Shown here one piece after another: positions 1-13,035 of a stretch of 64,000 bases of DNA. The stretch's first letter is position 1. Each line of letters begins with the position of its first letter. The notes under the pieces are model-generated. The model was not told the DNA's origin. It worked only from the letters and a program-made list of their open reading frames with translations, and searched no databases. A program made the translations under genes and the position numbers. Origin of the DNA: Lama guanicoe (lineage: Eukaryota); NCBI GenBank assembly GCA_013239625.1, contig MU053994.1, positions 2,857,589 through 2,921,588 of the forward strand. The letters are read 5' to 3'.

Positions 1-291
1 AACAGAAGCTGACCAACCAGGAACAAGCTTTGTAGAAATAGACCAATCGGGAGTGAGCTCCATGCAAATGAAGTAACAATCAGGAGGAGAGTAATGACTA
101 ATCAGGAGTGAAGGAAGTAACCAATCAGAAGTGAGCTCAGGGAACCAATAGAATTCTAGGTGTAAGTTAGCTGCTTTAGAGGGAAAAAGTGAGGTAGAGC
201 CTCTGGGCCAGGGAACCGGAGGGTGCTAAGAGGAGAGCAGTGACCCTGCCTAGGGGGTCCTGCCGGTCTTTTGATGGGGCTTCCCACCTCA
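1..291 (-). mobile_element. LTR fragment truncated by the window edge, with tandem CCAAT-like boxes
   Basis: Ends ...CCCACCTCA (TG start on minus strand); repeated (C/A)CAATCAG/GGA units at 43-149; octamer ATGCAAAT at 62-69. Family not identified. Confidence 0.5.
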
Positions 292-499
292 CTAGGAATA
301 ATAAAACCCTGTAGTCATCACAGGGCTTTATTGGGAGCTAAGTACTCTAGACAGTATTTCACTGGATTCTTTCCTCAAGTCCTCGTGAGGAGAGATGTCC
401 TAAAGGTCCAAGACTATGAGAAGTAAGGAGCCCACCAAAGAGGTCACTCTGGAAGCTCCCAGCTACACCAGTTAGGGTCAGTGCAGTACCCTGAGGCTG

Positions 500-790
500 C
501 GATCACTCCTAGGTCGAAAGATGGAGGAGACAGACTGGCCATTGGAACCCAGAAAGAAGTCCGATAGACAGAGTTGCCTTGAGAAGAGCTGTGACCTTCT
601 GATAAGGGACACAGGCAGACTGAGGTGACCCTGCAGGGAAAAAGCCAGGAAAATCAAGCCCTGACTTCACTTGACCTCCTTCCTTTGATCTCTTGCTGGG
701 GCTCCCTATTGGCCAAACCCAAGCAGAAGTCAGAGGGACTGAGTAGAGGGTGGAAAGCGTGGGTGTGAAGGGGTGACAAAAGCTACCTTG
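500..790. mobile_element. MaLR (MLT1-like) LTR remnant
   Basis: Resembles recalled MLT1 core ('...ctccctattggccaaacccaagcagaagtcagaggg'); approximate. Confidence 0.45.
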
Positions 791-859
791 CACTACTCAA
801 GTGACCAGGATGTTCTTCATTAATTGAACCCTTCATTTATGCCACCTCATCTTACTACT

Positions 860-1015
860 TTATTCTCACAAACCTTGGAGGAAAGTGGTATTCTCCCAAT
901 TTCAGAGGTGAGAAATGGCGACAAAGAGAGGTTAAGTGACTTGGCCAAGGTCACTTAGTTAGTAGGTAGGAGAGCCATGATGAGACCCACCTTCGCTGAC
1001 ACCAGAGCTTGCCCT
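860..1015. mobile_element. MIR SINE
   Basis: MIR core 'agaggttaagtgacttggccaaggtcac'. Confidence 0.8.
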
Positions 1016-1779
1016 CTCAGCCGCCACCACCGCCAAGCCTTCATGTGATTAAGGCAGTTGCAAGAGTGAAATAAGATGGAACAGGGGATGCTCTGGCATT
1101 GTGGAAGGTGTTGCTGTTGTCATCCTTTGAAACCCTTGAAATCAAAACAGATAGATTGTTTTCAGCGCCCTACAGAAAGGGGGCAGTGAGGAAAGTGGCC
1201 AGCTGCTTTGGTAGGGAGCAGCTGATGGCCAGGAAAGGGAAGCTGAGCTGAGGACACAGGCAGAACCAAGTACCAGAAGCCAACCTGCCTGGAGAAGCAG
1301 AGGAGAGCCCATAATGTCACCAGAGGGAAGAGGGCTGAAGTGGGGAGGCCAGCCGGGCTGTGGACTCTGATAGCTGACCACAGACCACCAGGCAAACACC
1401 TCTGATTTCGTCAAAATTGGAACTGAACAAATAAGAGATATAACTATACCTCAAAGACACACTGCAAGTATTTCCATAGATTCAGTGGGAATCGGGACTC
1501 GAAAAAGCTGCTCAGCCTTGGGGGTGCTTATAGCCAGTTGCAGGTGAGAGAGACATTCAGTGGAACAGATGGCTCTCGGCGGAGCTCAGCCCTCTCCTTA
1601 TCCTCATGTTAAAATCAACCAATTGAATGACGGGCGAGAAAACCATGCTCGCCAATTTTGCATGATTTTCTCACAGCTGGAAAAGGGGAGCCAGGCCAGG
1701 CTCACGTTTATTTCTGTAGGGCTGGGAAATGGGTTTTACACTTCTCTTTTTGGTTAAACAGCAATCACCTGAAGAGCAA

Positions 1780-1915
1780 ATGCAAGTCCTCTTTTACATT
1801 GAGGAATCTGAGGCTCTGAGTTTCGGTTCTCTCTCAAGGTCACCCCAGTTTCTGGGGAAGCTGAGTTGCCAAGTAAGGGCCCTCAGACCCCAGTACCCGT
1901 GCTTTGGATTTCAAG
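1780..1915. mobile_element. MIR SINE fragment
   Basis: 'ttttacattgaggaatctgaggctctgag...caaggtcac'. Confidence 0.6.
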
Positions 1916-2137
1916 TGACCATAATATACTCTGGGTTTGTGAAAGTCAGGAAATGAAATTCAATGGAGGGCAGTCCACTTGGAGAAGAAACACAGAGGAC
2001 ACCAAAGCGACATAGGGGAGGCCAGGGGCCGTGCAAATCTGGCAAGAATACCTCAAGATCTTAAGTGAGAACAGACTGACCATGAGCCATAAAATGTAGC
2101 AATGTGTCTTTCAAAAGATCTGCCACCACAATAATTC

Positions 2138-2220
2138 TTTCTTTTTTTTTTATCGAAGTGCCATCAGTTCACAATGTTGTATCAATTTCTGGTGTGCAGC
2201 ATAATGTTTCACTCATATGT
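2138..2220 (-). mobile_element. short young L1 3' end
   Basis: Poly-T followed by the same 3'UTR terminus seen at 3051 and 23039. Confidence 0.7.
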
Positions 2221-2705
2221 TTCTTTTTTGGTTTTGCACAGTAGGCAAGTCATTATTTTGAACTATTTAATCATGAGAATTTCCAAACAAACACAGAAGT
2301 AAAGAGCACGACAACCCCCGATGTGCCCCTCACCCAGCTTCAATCACCTTGAACATGTCAGTGTTTCTATTACCTTTGAGAACCTGATGGAAACCATGGG
2401 ACGCCCCCCCACCCCCGTCCCTGCCCCGGCCAAGACAATGCTCAGAAACACAGTTGTGCGTACCTTTTCAAAGGCGTTGCTTACTCCCTGAGGTGCATTC
2501 ACTGATCTCCTGGACACACGGACCCCAGGTTAGGCGCCCTGGGCTGCAAGGATGCGGTGGCATTGTAGTAGGTGAAGACCCCCACTCCCATGCAACCCTT
2601 CAGCAAGTTCTGTTGACCCTCCAGACCGATCTCCAGTCGGTCTACTTCACTCATTCTTTGCTGCCACCATCATCTCCCGCCTGGACTCCCAGAAGACCCT
2701 CCTGA

Positions 2706-3939
2706 TGAAACCGCGGGGTAATCATTAGTCAAATCCATTTCACCTGCCTTCACTAATCAAGGTCGTTTTAAGACTTACATATCCTCCAAGTGGCAAGTGA
2801 ACAATAAGATGTTTGCCAGAGTTGTTTTCCAGGAACTTGGAGTCAGCTGTGTCTGGTTCGAGCTGAGCTGGATAAGACTAGATAAGGACTACTGATCCTC
2901 CAACTGGGCACACGAGAATGACCAACTCTGTGACCTTTTGACATCAGAGGGCAGAAAACTCCACCCTCAGCTCATGCTAAGGGCTTCCATTTTTTAACTT
3001 GCAGAAGCGTGTAACTAGTTACACCTGTGCAGAACTAAGATTGCAGCACCTTTTTTTTTTTTTAAATTGAGGTATAGTCAGTTTACAATGTTGTGTCAAT
3101 TTCTGGTGTACAGCACGATGCTTCAGTCATACATGAATGTACATATATTCATTTTCATATTCTTTTTCACCATAAGTTACTACAAGATATTGAATATATT
3201 TCCCTGTGCTATACAGTGTAAATTTGTTTATCTATTTTATACATACCAGTCAGTATCTGCAAATCTCGAACTCCCAGTTTACCCCTTCCCACCCCCCTCC
3301 CCACTGGCAACCACAAGTCTGTATTCTATGTCTGTGAGTCTGTTTCTGTTTTATATTTAAGTTCATTTGTCTTATTTTTTTTAGATTCCACATATGAGTG
3401 ATATCATATAGTGTTTTTCTTTCTCATTTTGGCTTACTTCACTTAGAATGACATTCTCTGGGGCCATGTTGCTGCAAATGGCATTATTTTATTATTTTTT
3501 GTGGCTGAGTAGTATTCCATCATATAAATCTATCACAGCTTCTTTATCCAGTCATCTGTTGATGGACATTTAGGTTGTTTCCATGTCTTGGCTATTGTAA
3601 ATAATGCTGCTATGAACATTGGGGTGCAGGTGTCTTTTTGAATTAAGGTTCCCTCTGGATATATGCCCAGGAATGGGATTGCAGGGTCATGGTAAGTCTA
3701 TTTTTAGTCTTTTGAGGAATCTCCATACTGTTTTCCACAATGGCTGCACCAAACTAAGAATGCAACACTTTTTTCCAATCACCTTTCCCCATGCCTCAGC
3801 CATGCCCTGCTTCTATTCTATAGCCCATAAGTACCCTGTGCCCCTTGCTCCTTGCTCTCCTGTCTCCTTGCTTGGCTGCCTTGAGAATAAACTCTGTCTT
3901 TGCTGCAAACCTGGGAAAAATGATCCTGGTTCAGTAACA
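2706..3939 (+). mobile_element. ERV1-type solo LTR split by an L1 insertion
   Basis: TG...CA termini; 4-bp TSD CTGA/CTAA (one mismatch); AATAAA near 3886; the flanking L2 rejoins when the LTR is removed. Confidence 0.7.
3051..3751 (-). mobile_element. 5'-truncated young L1 (ORF2 end plus 3'UTR)
   Basis: Poly-T head, L1 3'UTR, TSD aactaagattgcagcacc (3033-3050) / aactaagaatgcaacact (3752-3769). Confidence 0.9.
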
Positions 3940-4182
3940 CTAACTGGTCTCCCTGATCCACTCCTGCCCGCCCTCCAGTCCATTCTCCACACAGCAGCCA
4001 GAAACCTGAATCAGACTGTGTCATTTACCTCCCTGAAGCCCTTTAAAGAGTTCCCATTGCTCAGTGAACAAAGTCTTCAGCCCTTACTCTGGTGTGCCAG
4101 GCACTGAGAGCTTTTGCACCCATCTTCTTCCATCTCACAGTCCTCTCATCTGCTCTGACTACTCTCCAGTCACCTTAGCCTT

Positions 4183-4725
4183 TGTAGGAAAGGAAGAATC
4201 ATTTTCCCTCTTCCTTTCTAGGTTCTTGGCTGAGACCCCTCCCGGACCCTGTAATAGAAAACAGATTAACAGGAGAAAAACCAAGAGAAGTTTAATAACA
4301 TGCATACCTCCTGTATACATGGGAGAGACCCAGGAAAACTGGGTAACTCCCCGAAATGGCCCAAGTCACCACCTTAAATCCCATCTCCAGCTAAAGACAA
4401 AGGAAGATGTTGGGGGCAGGGGGAGGGGAGCCAGTTACAAGAGGTTATCACTCAAAGCACAGGTATGGTTGTGCTGACTTATATCACTGCCATCTCCATT
4501 GTTAAGAGCTTCAAGAGATTTAGTCCTTCTCCTCTTCCTGGCACAGAGGGAGACACACTTACAAATGGAGATTTCCCTTATAAATGTAAATGCCCCTACA
4601 AAAAGGTAACTTCTTATGGTTTTCAGAGCTTTTCCTTTGTCTGTTGTTTCTCAAAAACAACCAGCTCAAAATAATTCTTATGCCAAAGAAGCATATTTTG
4701 GGGTGGCATATTCTGCTCCCCTTCA
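4183..4725 (-). mobile_element. ERV1 solo LTR, MER34-like
   Basis: Minus strand starts TGAAGGGGAGCAGAATATGCCACCCCAAAATATGC; perfect TSD CCTT (4179-4182 / 4726-4729). Confidence 0.85.
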
Positions 4726-5184
4726 CCTTCCAAAAATTAAACCAAGTTCTTCCCTGCCTCAGGTCCTTTGCACTTATTGTCTTCCAAACCATAAGTTAGG
4801 CATCCCCATTTCATACACAGTTGGCTCCCTTGTATCTCAGATATCACCCCTTCCCTTACCACCCTGATCATTCCCCTCCCTCGACACACCCTGATTCTAC
4901 ATCACAATATTCTGTTTATTTTCTTTATAGCATTTACCATAGCTGGAATTATTTTTATGGATTCACTTGATCATTGCCCAGCTCCCAAGTAGGATATAAG
5001 CTCAGGACTGCAGGCCCCTGCTTTCTTAACCCTACCACCATTCTACAACCAGAGCAGTGCCTGCCGTAGAGTAGGCACTCAATAACTATTTGTGCTTATT
5101 ATTAAACTTGCCTTCTGTCAAGATTAGTCCTGATCAGACCCTTAGGATATTGTGTCAAGTCTGGTTTCCTGGATAAAGGAAAAT

Positions 5185-5462
5185 GATTCTTCCTGGCTTG
5201 CAAATGACTGCCTTCTCCCTGTGTCCTCACATGGCAGAGAGGAAGAGCAAGAATGAGAGAGAGAGAGAGTGAGAAAGAAAGAGAGACTGCATTCTGCTGT
5301 CTTCTCTTATAAGGGCACCAATCCCAACATGAGGGCCCCACCCTCATGACCCCATTTCATCCCAATCACCTCCCAAAGGCTCCACCTCCAAATACCATTA
5401 CATTGGGGGTTAGGGCTTCAATGTATGAATTTAGAGGGGAATACAGTTCAGTCTACAGCAGC
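5185..5462 (-). mobile_element. MaLR LTR (MLT1A/MST-like)
   Basis: 'gtcctcacatggcagagag...cctcccaaaggctccacctccaaatacc'. Confidence 0.8.
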
Positions 5463-5552
5463 AGTAGAATTCATTAGAAAAGGAATGAAGGGTAGATTTG
5501 TGAACTTTGAGCATAGACCCAACCACCATCCCATTCATTTAACAAACATCTG

Positions 5553-5672
5553 AGGGGGGAGCATATAGTTCAGTGGTAGAGTGCATGCTTAGTAGGCACA
5601 AGGTCCTGGGTTCAATCCCCAGAACCTCCATTAAAATAAATAACCTAATTAGCCCCCACCAAAAAAAAAAAA
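5553..5672 (+). mobile_element. tRNA-derived SINE (Vic-1-like)
   Basis: A-box/B-box head 'tagttcagtggtagag...ggttcaatccc'; A-tail; same family at 20599, 32162, 39425 and 40464. Confidence 0.85.
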
Positions 5673-5789
5673 ATCTGTTGAATACCTAATATGAACCAAA
5701 ATTATGGTGTTGAGCCTTGACAAATATATAAGCATAGAGAAGATGGTACTTCACTGAGGAGGTAACTTTGACTTGAAAACTGAGTATAA

Positions 5790-6315
5790 CTCATATTGTA
5801 ACTAGACTTATTGTGATGAACATTTTGAAATGTATAGAAATACCTAATCATTATGTTGTGTAACAGGAATTAACATCGTGTTGTAGGTCAATTATACTTC
5901 AAAAACAAACTCATAGAAAAAGAGATCAGATTAGCAGGTATCAGAAGCAGGGGATAGGGCGAGAGGGAATTAAATGAAGGCAGTCAAAGATACAAACCTC
6001 CAGTTATGAGATCAATAAGTACTAGGGATGTAATGTACAACATGATAAATATAACACTGCTGATTAGTTATAATTAACACTGTGGTATGTTATATACGAA
6101 CATTGTAAAGAGAGTAAATCCCAAGTTCTCATCACAAGAAAAAAATGTTTTTCTATTTCTTTAATTTTGTATCTGTTTGAAATGATGGATGTTCACTGAA
6201 CTGACTGTGATAATCATTTCATGACGTGTGTAAGTCAAATCATTATGCTGTCCACCTTAAACCTATACAGTGCAGTACGTCAATTATATTTCAGTAAAAT
6301 TGGAAGGAAAAAAAC
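5790..6315 (+). mobile_element. old L1M 3'UTR
   Basis: Typical L1 3' end with A-rich tail. Confidence 0.75.
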
Positions 6316-6735
6316 TTTTAAGAAAAATGAATAAGAGTTCACCAAATGGAAAAGCAGGGTAAAGCACTCCAAACAATAAGAAGAGAAGTCCATTGAATTG
6401 CTCCTCCCTCTTTGTTTTTTCCCCTTGCAATTTATTCTTTGAAGAAATGGAGTCATTTCCCCTGTGGAATGACCTGTTATGCTGGGTTTTGCTTATTGGA
6501 TCCCCAAAGTGTCCTTAACAGGCTCATCTTGCCCCTATATTTTATATAAACTGGTAGTAGAATCTAGAAGCTTTCTCAGTCAGATTTGCCTTTTGGAAAG
6601 ACTACTTCATGGGTGGTGCTGTAAATGTCCATCAGGAGGTACATAATATCTCCTTTCTTGTGATATAGTGGCCACTAATGCTCATGCCCAGATCCATTAC
6701 TTCATTAACTATTTGGTGAAAATGATATTCTAATT

Positions 6736-8093
6736 CAAAAGTTCTCAAATTTTAGACTCAGAATTCTTAATAGGTATTGAGGATCCCAAAGAGCTTTGGT
6801 TTGTGTAGGTGATAACTATTGATATTTACCATATGCAATATTAAAACTAAGAAATTTTAGAATGTATATATTAGCTCATTTAAAAATAACAATAATAATC
6901 ATAGCACAAATAACCAATTTTATGAAAAATAACCATATTTTCCAAAACAAAAACAATTAGTGAGAAAAGTGGTGCCGTACATTTGTGTAAATCTCTTTAA
7001 CTAGCAGATAGCTGGCTTCTTGTATCTTCTTCTCTGTTCAATCTGTTGTAATATGTTGTGTTGTTTGAAGTATATTAAGAATATCCAGCCTTACACAGAT
7101 CTGTAGTTAGAAAAGAGAGGAGCATTTTAATAACCTCTACAGATGGTCGTGAACATTCTTTATAGAAAGAAGTGGTAGTTTCTTAAAGGTTAATTGCAAT
7201 GTGGAATCTGAAACCACATCAATGTACTTTTTATCATCTATTTCATTAAAATCTACCTTGTACTTTGAATGGATCTTTTACCCATCCCTGATTTTGTAAC
7301 ACCATGCATTAGTCATTTCAAAAATATTGGTTTGCTGAGTTATGCAAATATTACAAGCGTTGACACATTTCATTACGCAATATCCTCCCAAATCACATTT
7401 GTTAATATCACCAGCAGTCTCATCAGAAAAATCTTTAAATATTGGAAAAGATAGGAAACACCCAGTGGTAGATACAAGTTTCCAAAATTCCAATTTTCAC
7501 TTGAAAGCTTGAATTTTATCATTGGCAATAAATACTGCCAAGTTGTTTTCCTTGAAGTGACAAGGTTCACATCTTAATTTACAAGAAAATGTCTGCCAAA
7601 TACCACTGTCTGAAGAACCATAGTTTGCCTGTCAGTAAAAATAGCATTCCACAGAAAAAGAGGCTAGTTCAGCTCTTCACTCAAAGAATTGCACAATTGC
7701 TTTTCCCAGCGACAGCCATCATATTTCAGTGTGTAGCAGAAGGTGTTGATGCATACTTTCCGTTTCATCCTACAGAATATCATGAAGACATGTACTCAAG
7801 GGTTGATTTAATGAAATCAATAATTTTTATTGCTTCAACAAGGACATTCTTAAGTGAAACTGGCAATTTTCTTTTACTGCAAATGTGGCAGCGAGGAATA
7901 CAGTGACCACTAGTACAGTCAGTACCACAGCCTTAACTCGTGCTAAGGCACCAGCAGTTTTTAGCTTTTGCACCATCGATGCAATGTCAACCTAGTGCAA
8001 AAGGTAAATAACATCTTAGTAATATTATGAAAATAGCTTTGACTTCATGGACCCCCTGAAAGAATCCAGGGGCTCACACTTGGAGAATCATTA
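6736..8093. mobile_element. hAT-Charlie DNA transposon (Charlie1a-like), about 1.36 kb
   Basis: Degenerate TIRs (caaaagttctc / gagaatcatta); perfect 8-bp TSD TTCTAATT (6728-6735 / 8094-8101); recalled Charlie1 'attgaggatcccaaagagcttt'. Confidence 0.85.
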
Positions 8094-8619
8094 TTCTAAT
8101 TCTTTCATTCCTTCTTCATTTTTAAATTAGAATACTTCCCTAGAGAGAAATTTTCCCTCATTCACTATTCGGTTATCCTGAGGTCAGTTTGTACAAGAAA
8201 AGGCAGGTTAAAATCTTGGGAGTTTTTTTCCCTTTATTTGCCAGTTTAAAAAAAACCAGAACAGTTCTCTAGCATCTTTCAAAGGTGATCAATGAGAACT
8301 TTTTTGTTAGCTTCATGATGAATTTATGCACTTAATATATTTGATGTGTTTCTATACATTGCAGTCATTGTTTTTATTGGTAATTAACTTGTCTCATCAT
8401 TTGCTAATGAGACTCTCTTCACCTTGGCTACTGAGTCCTTTTGACGTGACCCCAGTAATCTTTGACAGCTTCCTTGCCTTCTTGTATGACAAGGTAGTCC
8501 ACAGTCTAATTTACTTTTTCTGACTCGGACCTAGAAGCAGCCATTTCTCTAAGGAGCCCTGGTTTCTTTCAGTAGGAAATGGTATTCAAAGACCACAACC
8601 TGGGTGCTAGGAATGCCAA

Positions 8620-9292
8620 TGTCAGTTACATATGTATGACTGCTCAGGTCCAATGCATCCTTTTAGACTGCTCTGTGAAAATGAATCTGGGCCCTCGAGA
8701 TCATTTTTCCTTTGTGCACTGAAACATTGTTAGCAGCTTGCGCTGGCAAGACATTGCAGGAGGAAAGGGTTTTGCTTCCTGGTTTTGCTGCGCTGCCTCC
8801 TGCAGCATGAGTGGCATCATCCAGCATCAGGCTACCTCAGCACAGGCAGCTTCTCCACGGCCCAGTTCCTGCAGTGTGCACTTGCCAGCTAGACTTTCCC
8901 AAGCACCCCAGAGGGTAGTTTTCTGCCATGTTCCAGACGGCAGGTTTCCAGCAAGTTCCTGGAGGCTGTTTTCTAGAAATTCCCAGAAGGTAGATTTATA
9001 GCACCAGTGGGCCACCACAACTCTCTGCCATTCAACAAGCCATGACCATGACCTCTCCAACATGGTGTGGATCTCAGGGACTGGGGGCGGAAGGGGAACT
9101 CTTCATTGGGCTCTCCATCTCAGCCCCATGGGTAGTGATTTCACCTTACGTCTGCTATTTCTGTATTTAGAGTTATCTTTATTTCTTGCTAGCCAATCCC
9201 TTATTAGTCTAATCTTCTATACTTAATAATTCTTTATATTAAACTTTCAAATTACCATGTAATTTCTCTCTCATTGGACTCAGACTGATACA
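8620..9292 (+). mobile_element. ERVL LTR (LTR33-like)
   Basis: TGTCAGTT... start and ...GACTGATACA end; related to 40925-41550. Confidence 0.6.
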
Positions 9293-9599
9293 GTTGCTCA
9301 ATATTACTGAGTTGGTCATATTTGCTATGCATTTCCATTGACTATAGCTGGGAAATACATATTATTTTAAAGAGAAAATGCATCATACACTCATACTGGT
9401 ATTTAACTTTGCTTTCTAATTATGTAAAACACTGACACAGTTTTAACGTTATATCTCTAATTCAAAGTATCTTCCAAAAAAATCCAAATTCTGTCTCTTT
9501 ATGTCCTTCCTTCTTCCATAGGTAAGATTTTATTTATTTTATGATCTACCTTACATTGTCTTTTAAAAATAAAGATACATACATATTTGTATCCATCCC

Positions 9600-10550
9600 T
9601 CTTTCTTAGATAAACTGTGGCCAACTATGTCCTTTTATTTTTCCACCTTGCTTTTTTTTCATGTAACATTAAATACTGGAGAATACTTTGTATCAATGCA
9701 TAGAGATATGCTTTGGTTTCCCTTTCATTTTAATAGTATTCATTGTGTAGATGTATCAGAATTTATTCAGGTAGGCCCCCAATAGGCATTTGTGTTGTTT
9801 CCAGTCTTTTCTAACTATAATTAATGATGTAATAAATATTTGTGCTTTCATTTTTTCATAGTATACCCTTGGGATAGATTTCTATAAGAGGAAATACCAA
9901 CAGAAAATGTCAAACTTTTAGATTTTTGCTAACCTGGTAGGAGAGAAAAGGTATCTCAATGTAGTTTTAATTTGCATTTAATTTGCATTATGAGCAAGAA
10001 GACCAAGCTTTTTCCATATGGTATAGAGACATTTGCATTTATTTCTTAAACTGATCATTCGTATCTTTAGCCTGTTTTCTAGAACTGTCAAGTCTTTTTC
10101 TTCCCTATTTTTAAAAGCTTATCCTATATTGGGGACAGTAACCCTTTATCTGTGATAACGAGTTGCAAACATTTTTTCCCATTTTGTCATTTACCTTTCT
10201 ATTCTATCGAAGGTGTTTTGGGGTTGGTTGTTTGGTTTTGCCTGCAACTGTTATATTAATGTAGCCACGTTGATCTGTTTTTTTCCTTATGGCTTTTGTG
10301 TTTTAAGTCATAGTTGTAAAAGTTTTACCCTCTCTCAGGTTATGGGGTAGTCTTGCTACTTCTAAGTGTGATCCTCAAATCAGCAACATAGGGGTCACCT
10401 GCATTCTGTTAGAAATGCAGAATCTCTGGCCCCATCCAGATCTAATTCAATCAGACTCTGCATTTTAACAAGATCTCCCTAGGTAGTTAATTTGCACATT
10501 AAAATTTGAGAAGCACTGTTCTAGAGAATTTCACCCACATTTTCTTCTAG
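9600..10550 (-). mobile_element. ancient L1ME-type fragment
   Basis: 'ggtatctcaatgtagttttaatttgcattt' L1 ORF2-end motif. Confidence 0.65.
10349..10520. mobile_element. MER5A-like hAT MITE
   Basis: 'ttagaaatgcagaatctctggcccc...tttgagaagcactg'. Confidence 0.8.
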
Positions 10551-10758
10551 AACAGGTGAAGTGAATGAATGGTTCTTAATTGGAAGTCATTGGTGAGCTC
10601 ATACCCACAGCTATTGAAGAAAAACAATGAAGAAACGAGGCCAACATCAGCAAAGGGTACTAAATGGAAGGCTTGTCTAGACAACCAATATTATTAAATA
10701 CAGAGATGAGAATCTTCTATTCAAATGGTCTTTAAAAATATACCTCTTGCAATGCTAG

Positions 10759-11261
10759 TGTTACCGACTCCAAACTCTTTCTGCTCGCCACATGACAGGC
10801 CAATAAATCAGGAGACGAGGTGTTGGGACAAGGAATAGCGACTTCATTTGGAAAGCCGGCAGACCAAGAAAATGGCAGACTAATGTCTTGGAGAACCATA
10901 CTCAAGTCAGAATTCAGGCTCCTTGTATACCAAAAAGGGGAGGGAGTGTAGTTGGTTGTTGCAAACTTCTTGGTGTACGAATTCTTTGTTCTTGTAGCTG
11001 TCTGCGTGGGTCAGGTCATGGTGCCTCTGTAAAACCTCTAACAAAACAAATATTTTCTATTCTGCAACTTGTTATCTTTATATAAGTACAAAGTGTTAAA
11101 ATCCTTGAAGGTCAGAGCCTTGAGAATAGGCTGTCCTGTATATCTCAGGCTGAAGGCAACATTCTTTTACAAAAGGTGCAGAGCTAGCAAGACTAAGGGC
11201 ACAGGATTCAAGCCAAAGAAACAGATCTAATATGGAGTCAGATTTGTTCTTTTCTGTTACA
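10759..11261 (-). mobile_element. ERV1 solo LTR (MER41-like, laurasiatherian)
   Basis: TG...CA termini; perfect TSD CTAG; minus-strand start TGTAACAGAAAAGAACAAATCTGACTCC; paralog at 37912. Confidence 0.85.
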
Positions 11262-12334
11262 CTAGGATTATAAATATTGTGGACAATATACTTGTGAAAA
11301 GTGGGCATTGGTTGTTTTCTGAATGAATGGCACTATCTCCTGCTGTTAAACTTTGCACGATTCTCATGACCATGGACTTTGCAGAGGAAAAAAAATCCAC
11401 CTTTTTAAGGCTTGCTGCACTGCACAAGAAAATTCTGTTCCTCTCCCAAAAGCGGCAAAGATAAGTCATGTGACCCGCGCTAACTAAATGGGTGGGTAAA
11501 AGATTCCATAGAAAGATTCTTGTCATGCCTTGGCATCTAGCACCATGTAGCTGTTTGTCAGTAAGTTTCATTTCTGCCAGAATGTGTTATTCAATCCCCT
11601 TGGCCAATAGGCTATGTAGAATTTCCTCAAGAAGAATGAACACGCTGGAGAGTTAGATCTTGACTCAGCTGTTTGTAACAGCGTTTTGCATTTTTCATTG
11701 TCTTGGAATGCAAAAAGGTTTTACAGGGATGATTAAAGCAGGGATCAGCCAAGATAATATGGTGCTGTCATTCATTGTTAACCCATGGGCTTGGATTCAA
11801 GTGCCACTGAGAGTTCCAAAGACTATTCGAGAGAAAAACAACCACTTTGAAGCCCAGAACTGGGCCTGTGGTCATGACGAACATGCTGGTATCACTTGGA
11901 CAAATGATTTCTTGCTCTAGTTCTCTTTTGAATTTTCTAGTATTTCTGAAGCAAAGTTCTTGGGATGTAATCTATCATTCTAAACCTAGATTGTAGGCTC
12001 AGTGAAAGGTTTGAAAAATGTGTGTGGGAAAACACTATAAAGCATCATCTTTATTTCAGTTACTGTAGTGGGATTATGGTTCATATTTCAGCTTTATAAA
12101 AGACAAGAAATGTAATATTCCAAATAACAAAGATCCCTTGGTTAATGAGCTTCCCCAAATAAAGTAGTTGCTTTTCCCAACTTCATGGATGACATAATCA
12201 GCCTGATTTTGCCTCACCTGGTGACCTATGCTTTGTAGGAACTATTTCCATGACATTTTTTCCTGTAGTCATAGCGTCAGCCTTTTCACACCAGCAAAAT
12301 ACACAGTTAAAATAATCCATTGCTAGTTGTTCTC

Positions 12335-12840
12335 ATAAATTGCTAGTGGAAATTTAAATTGGTATAACCCTAGAGTTTAATTTTGCAAAAAATTTCTCAA
12401 AATTACGAACATAAATCTTTTGACCCTTCAATTCCAATTCTAGAGATTTATACTACAGAAATACTTGCAGGTGTGAAACAATGTACAAGGTTATTCTGAA
12501 CAGCAAAGATTAAAGACAACCTAAATACCCATCAGTGGGAGACTAGTTACATAAATTATGGTACTTCCATGGAATACCATGCAACTGTAGGAAAATAAAA
12601 AAGAAGACACCCTCTTTGTAGTGATTTGGAAATACATCCAAGATATATTGTTCATGGGAAAAAGCAAAGAGCAGAACAATAGAGTATGCTACCATTTAGG
12701 TAATATACACAAACACAAAAGAGAAAATATGAATACATAAAGAAAAATATATACATACATAAAAAGCAAATAATATTGCTATGGAGAGGAAAACTGGATG
12801 TCTGGGGAGCAGAGATGTAAAGAGACTTTTCACTACACTC
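12335..12840 (+). mobile_element. ancient L1ME 3' region
   Basis: 'ttgacccttcaattccaattctagagattta...acaacctaaatacccatcag'. Confidence 0.65.
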
Positions 12841-12844
12841 TTTA

Positions 12845-13035
12845 AATTTTTCTATTGAAGTACAATTGATTTATAATGTGTTAGTTTCAGGTGTACAGCA
12901 AAGTGATTCAGTTATACATATATATATATATTCTTTTTCAGATTCTTTTCCATTATAGGTTATTGCAAGATATTGAATATAGTTCCCTGTGCTATACAGT
13001 AGGTCCTTGTTGTTTAGCTATTTTATATATAGTTC
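12845..13035 (-). mobile_element. young L1 3' end
   Basis: 'ttgaatatagttccctgtgctatacagtagg'. Confidence 0.8.

Larger units (their letters stand above)
2560..5095 (+). mobile_element. L2 LINE 3' region interrupted by two LTRs
   Basis: L2-like 'ctaactggtctccct', 'ctccagtccattctccacacagcagccaga' and terminus 'agtaggcactcaataactatttg'. Confidence 0.7.

Noticed and set aside
3619..4107. 162-aa ORF
   Set aside because: Runs across antisense L1, LTR and L2 junctions; a chance ORF.
11440..11525. Faint resemblance of KAAKISHVTRAN / WVGKRFHRKIL to CMTR2
   Set aside because: Short, in different frames and not collinear with flanking motifs; likely chance.
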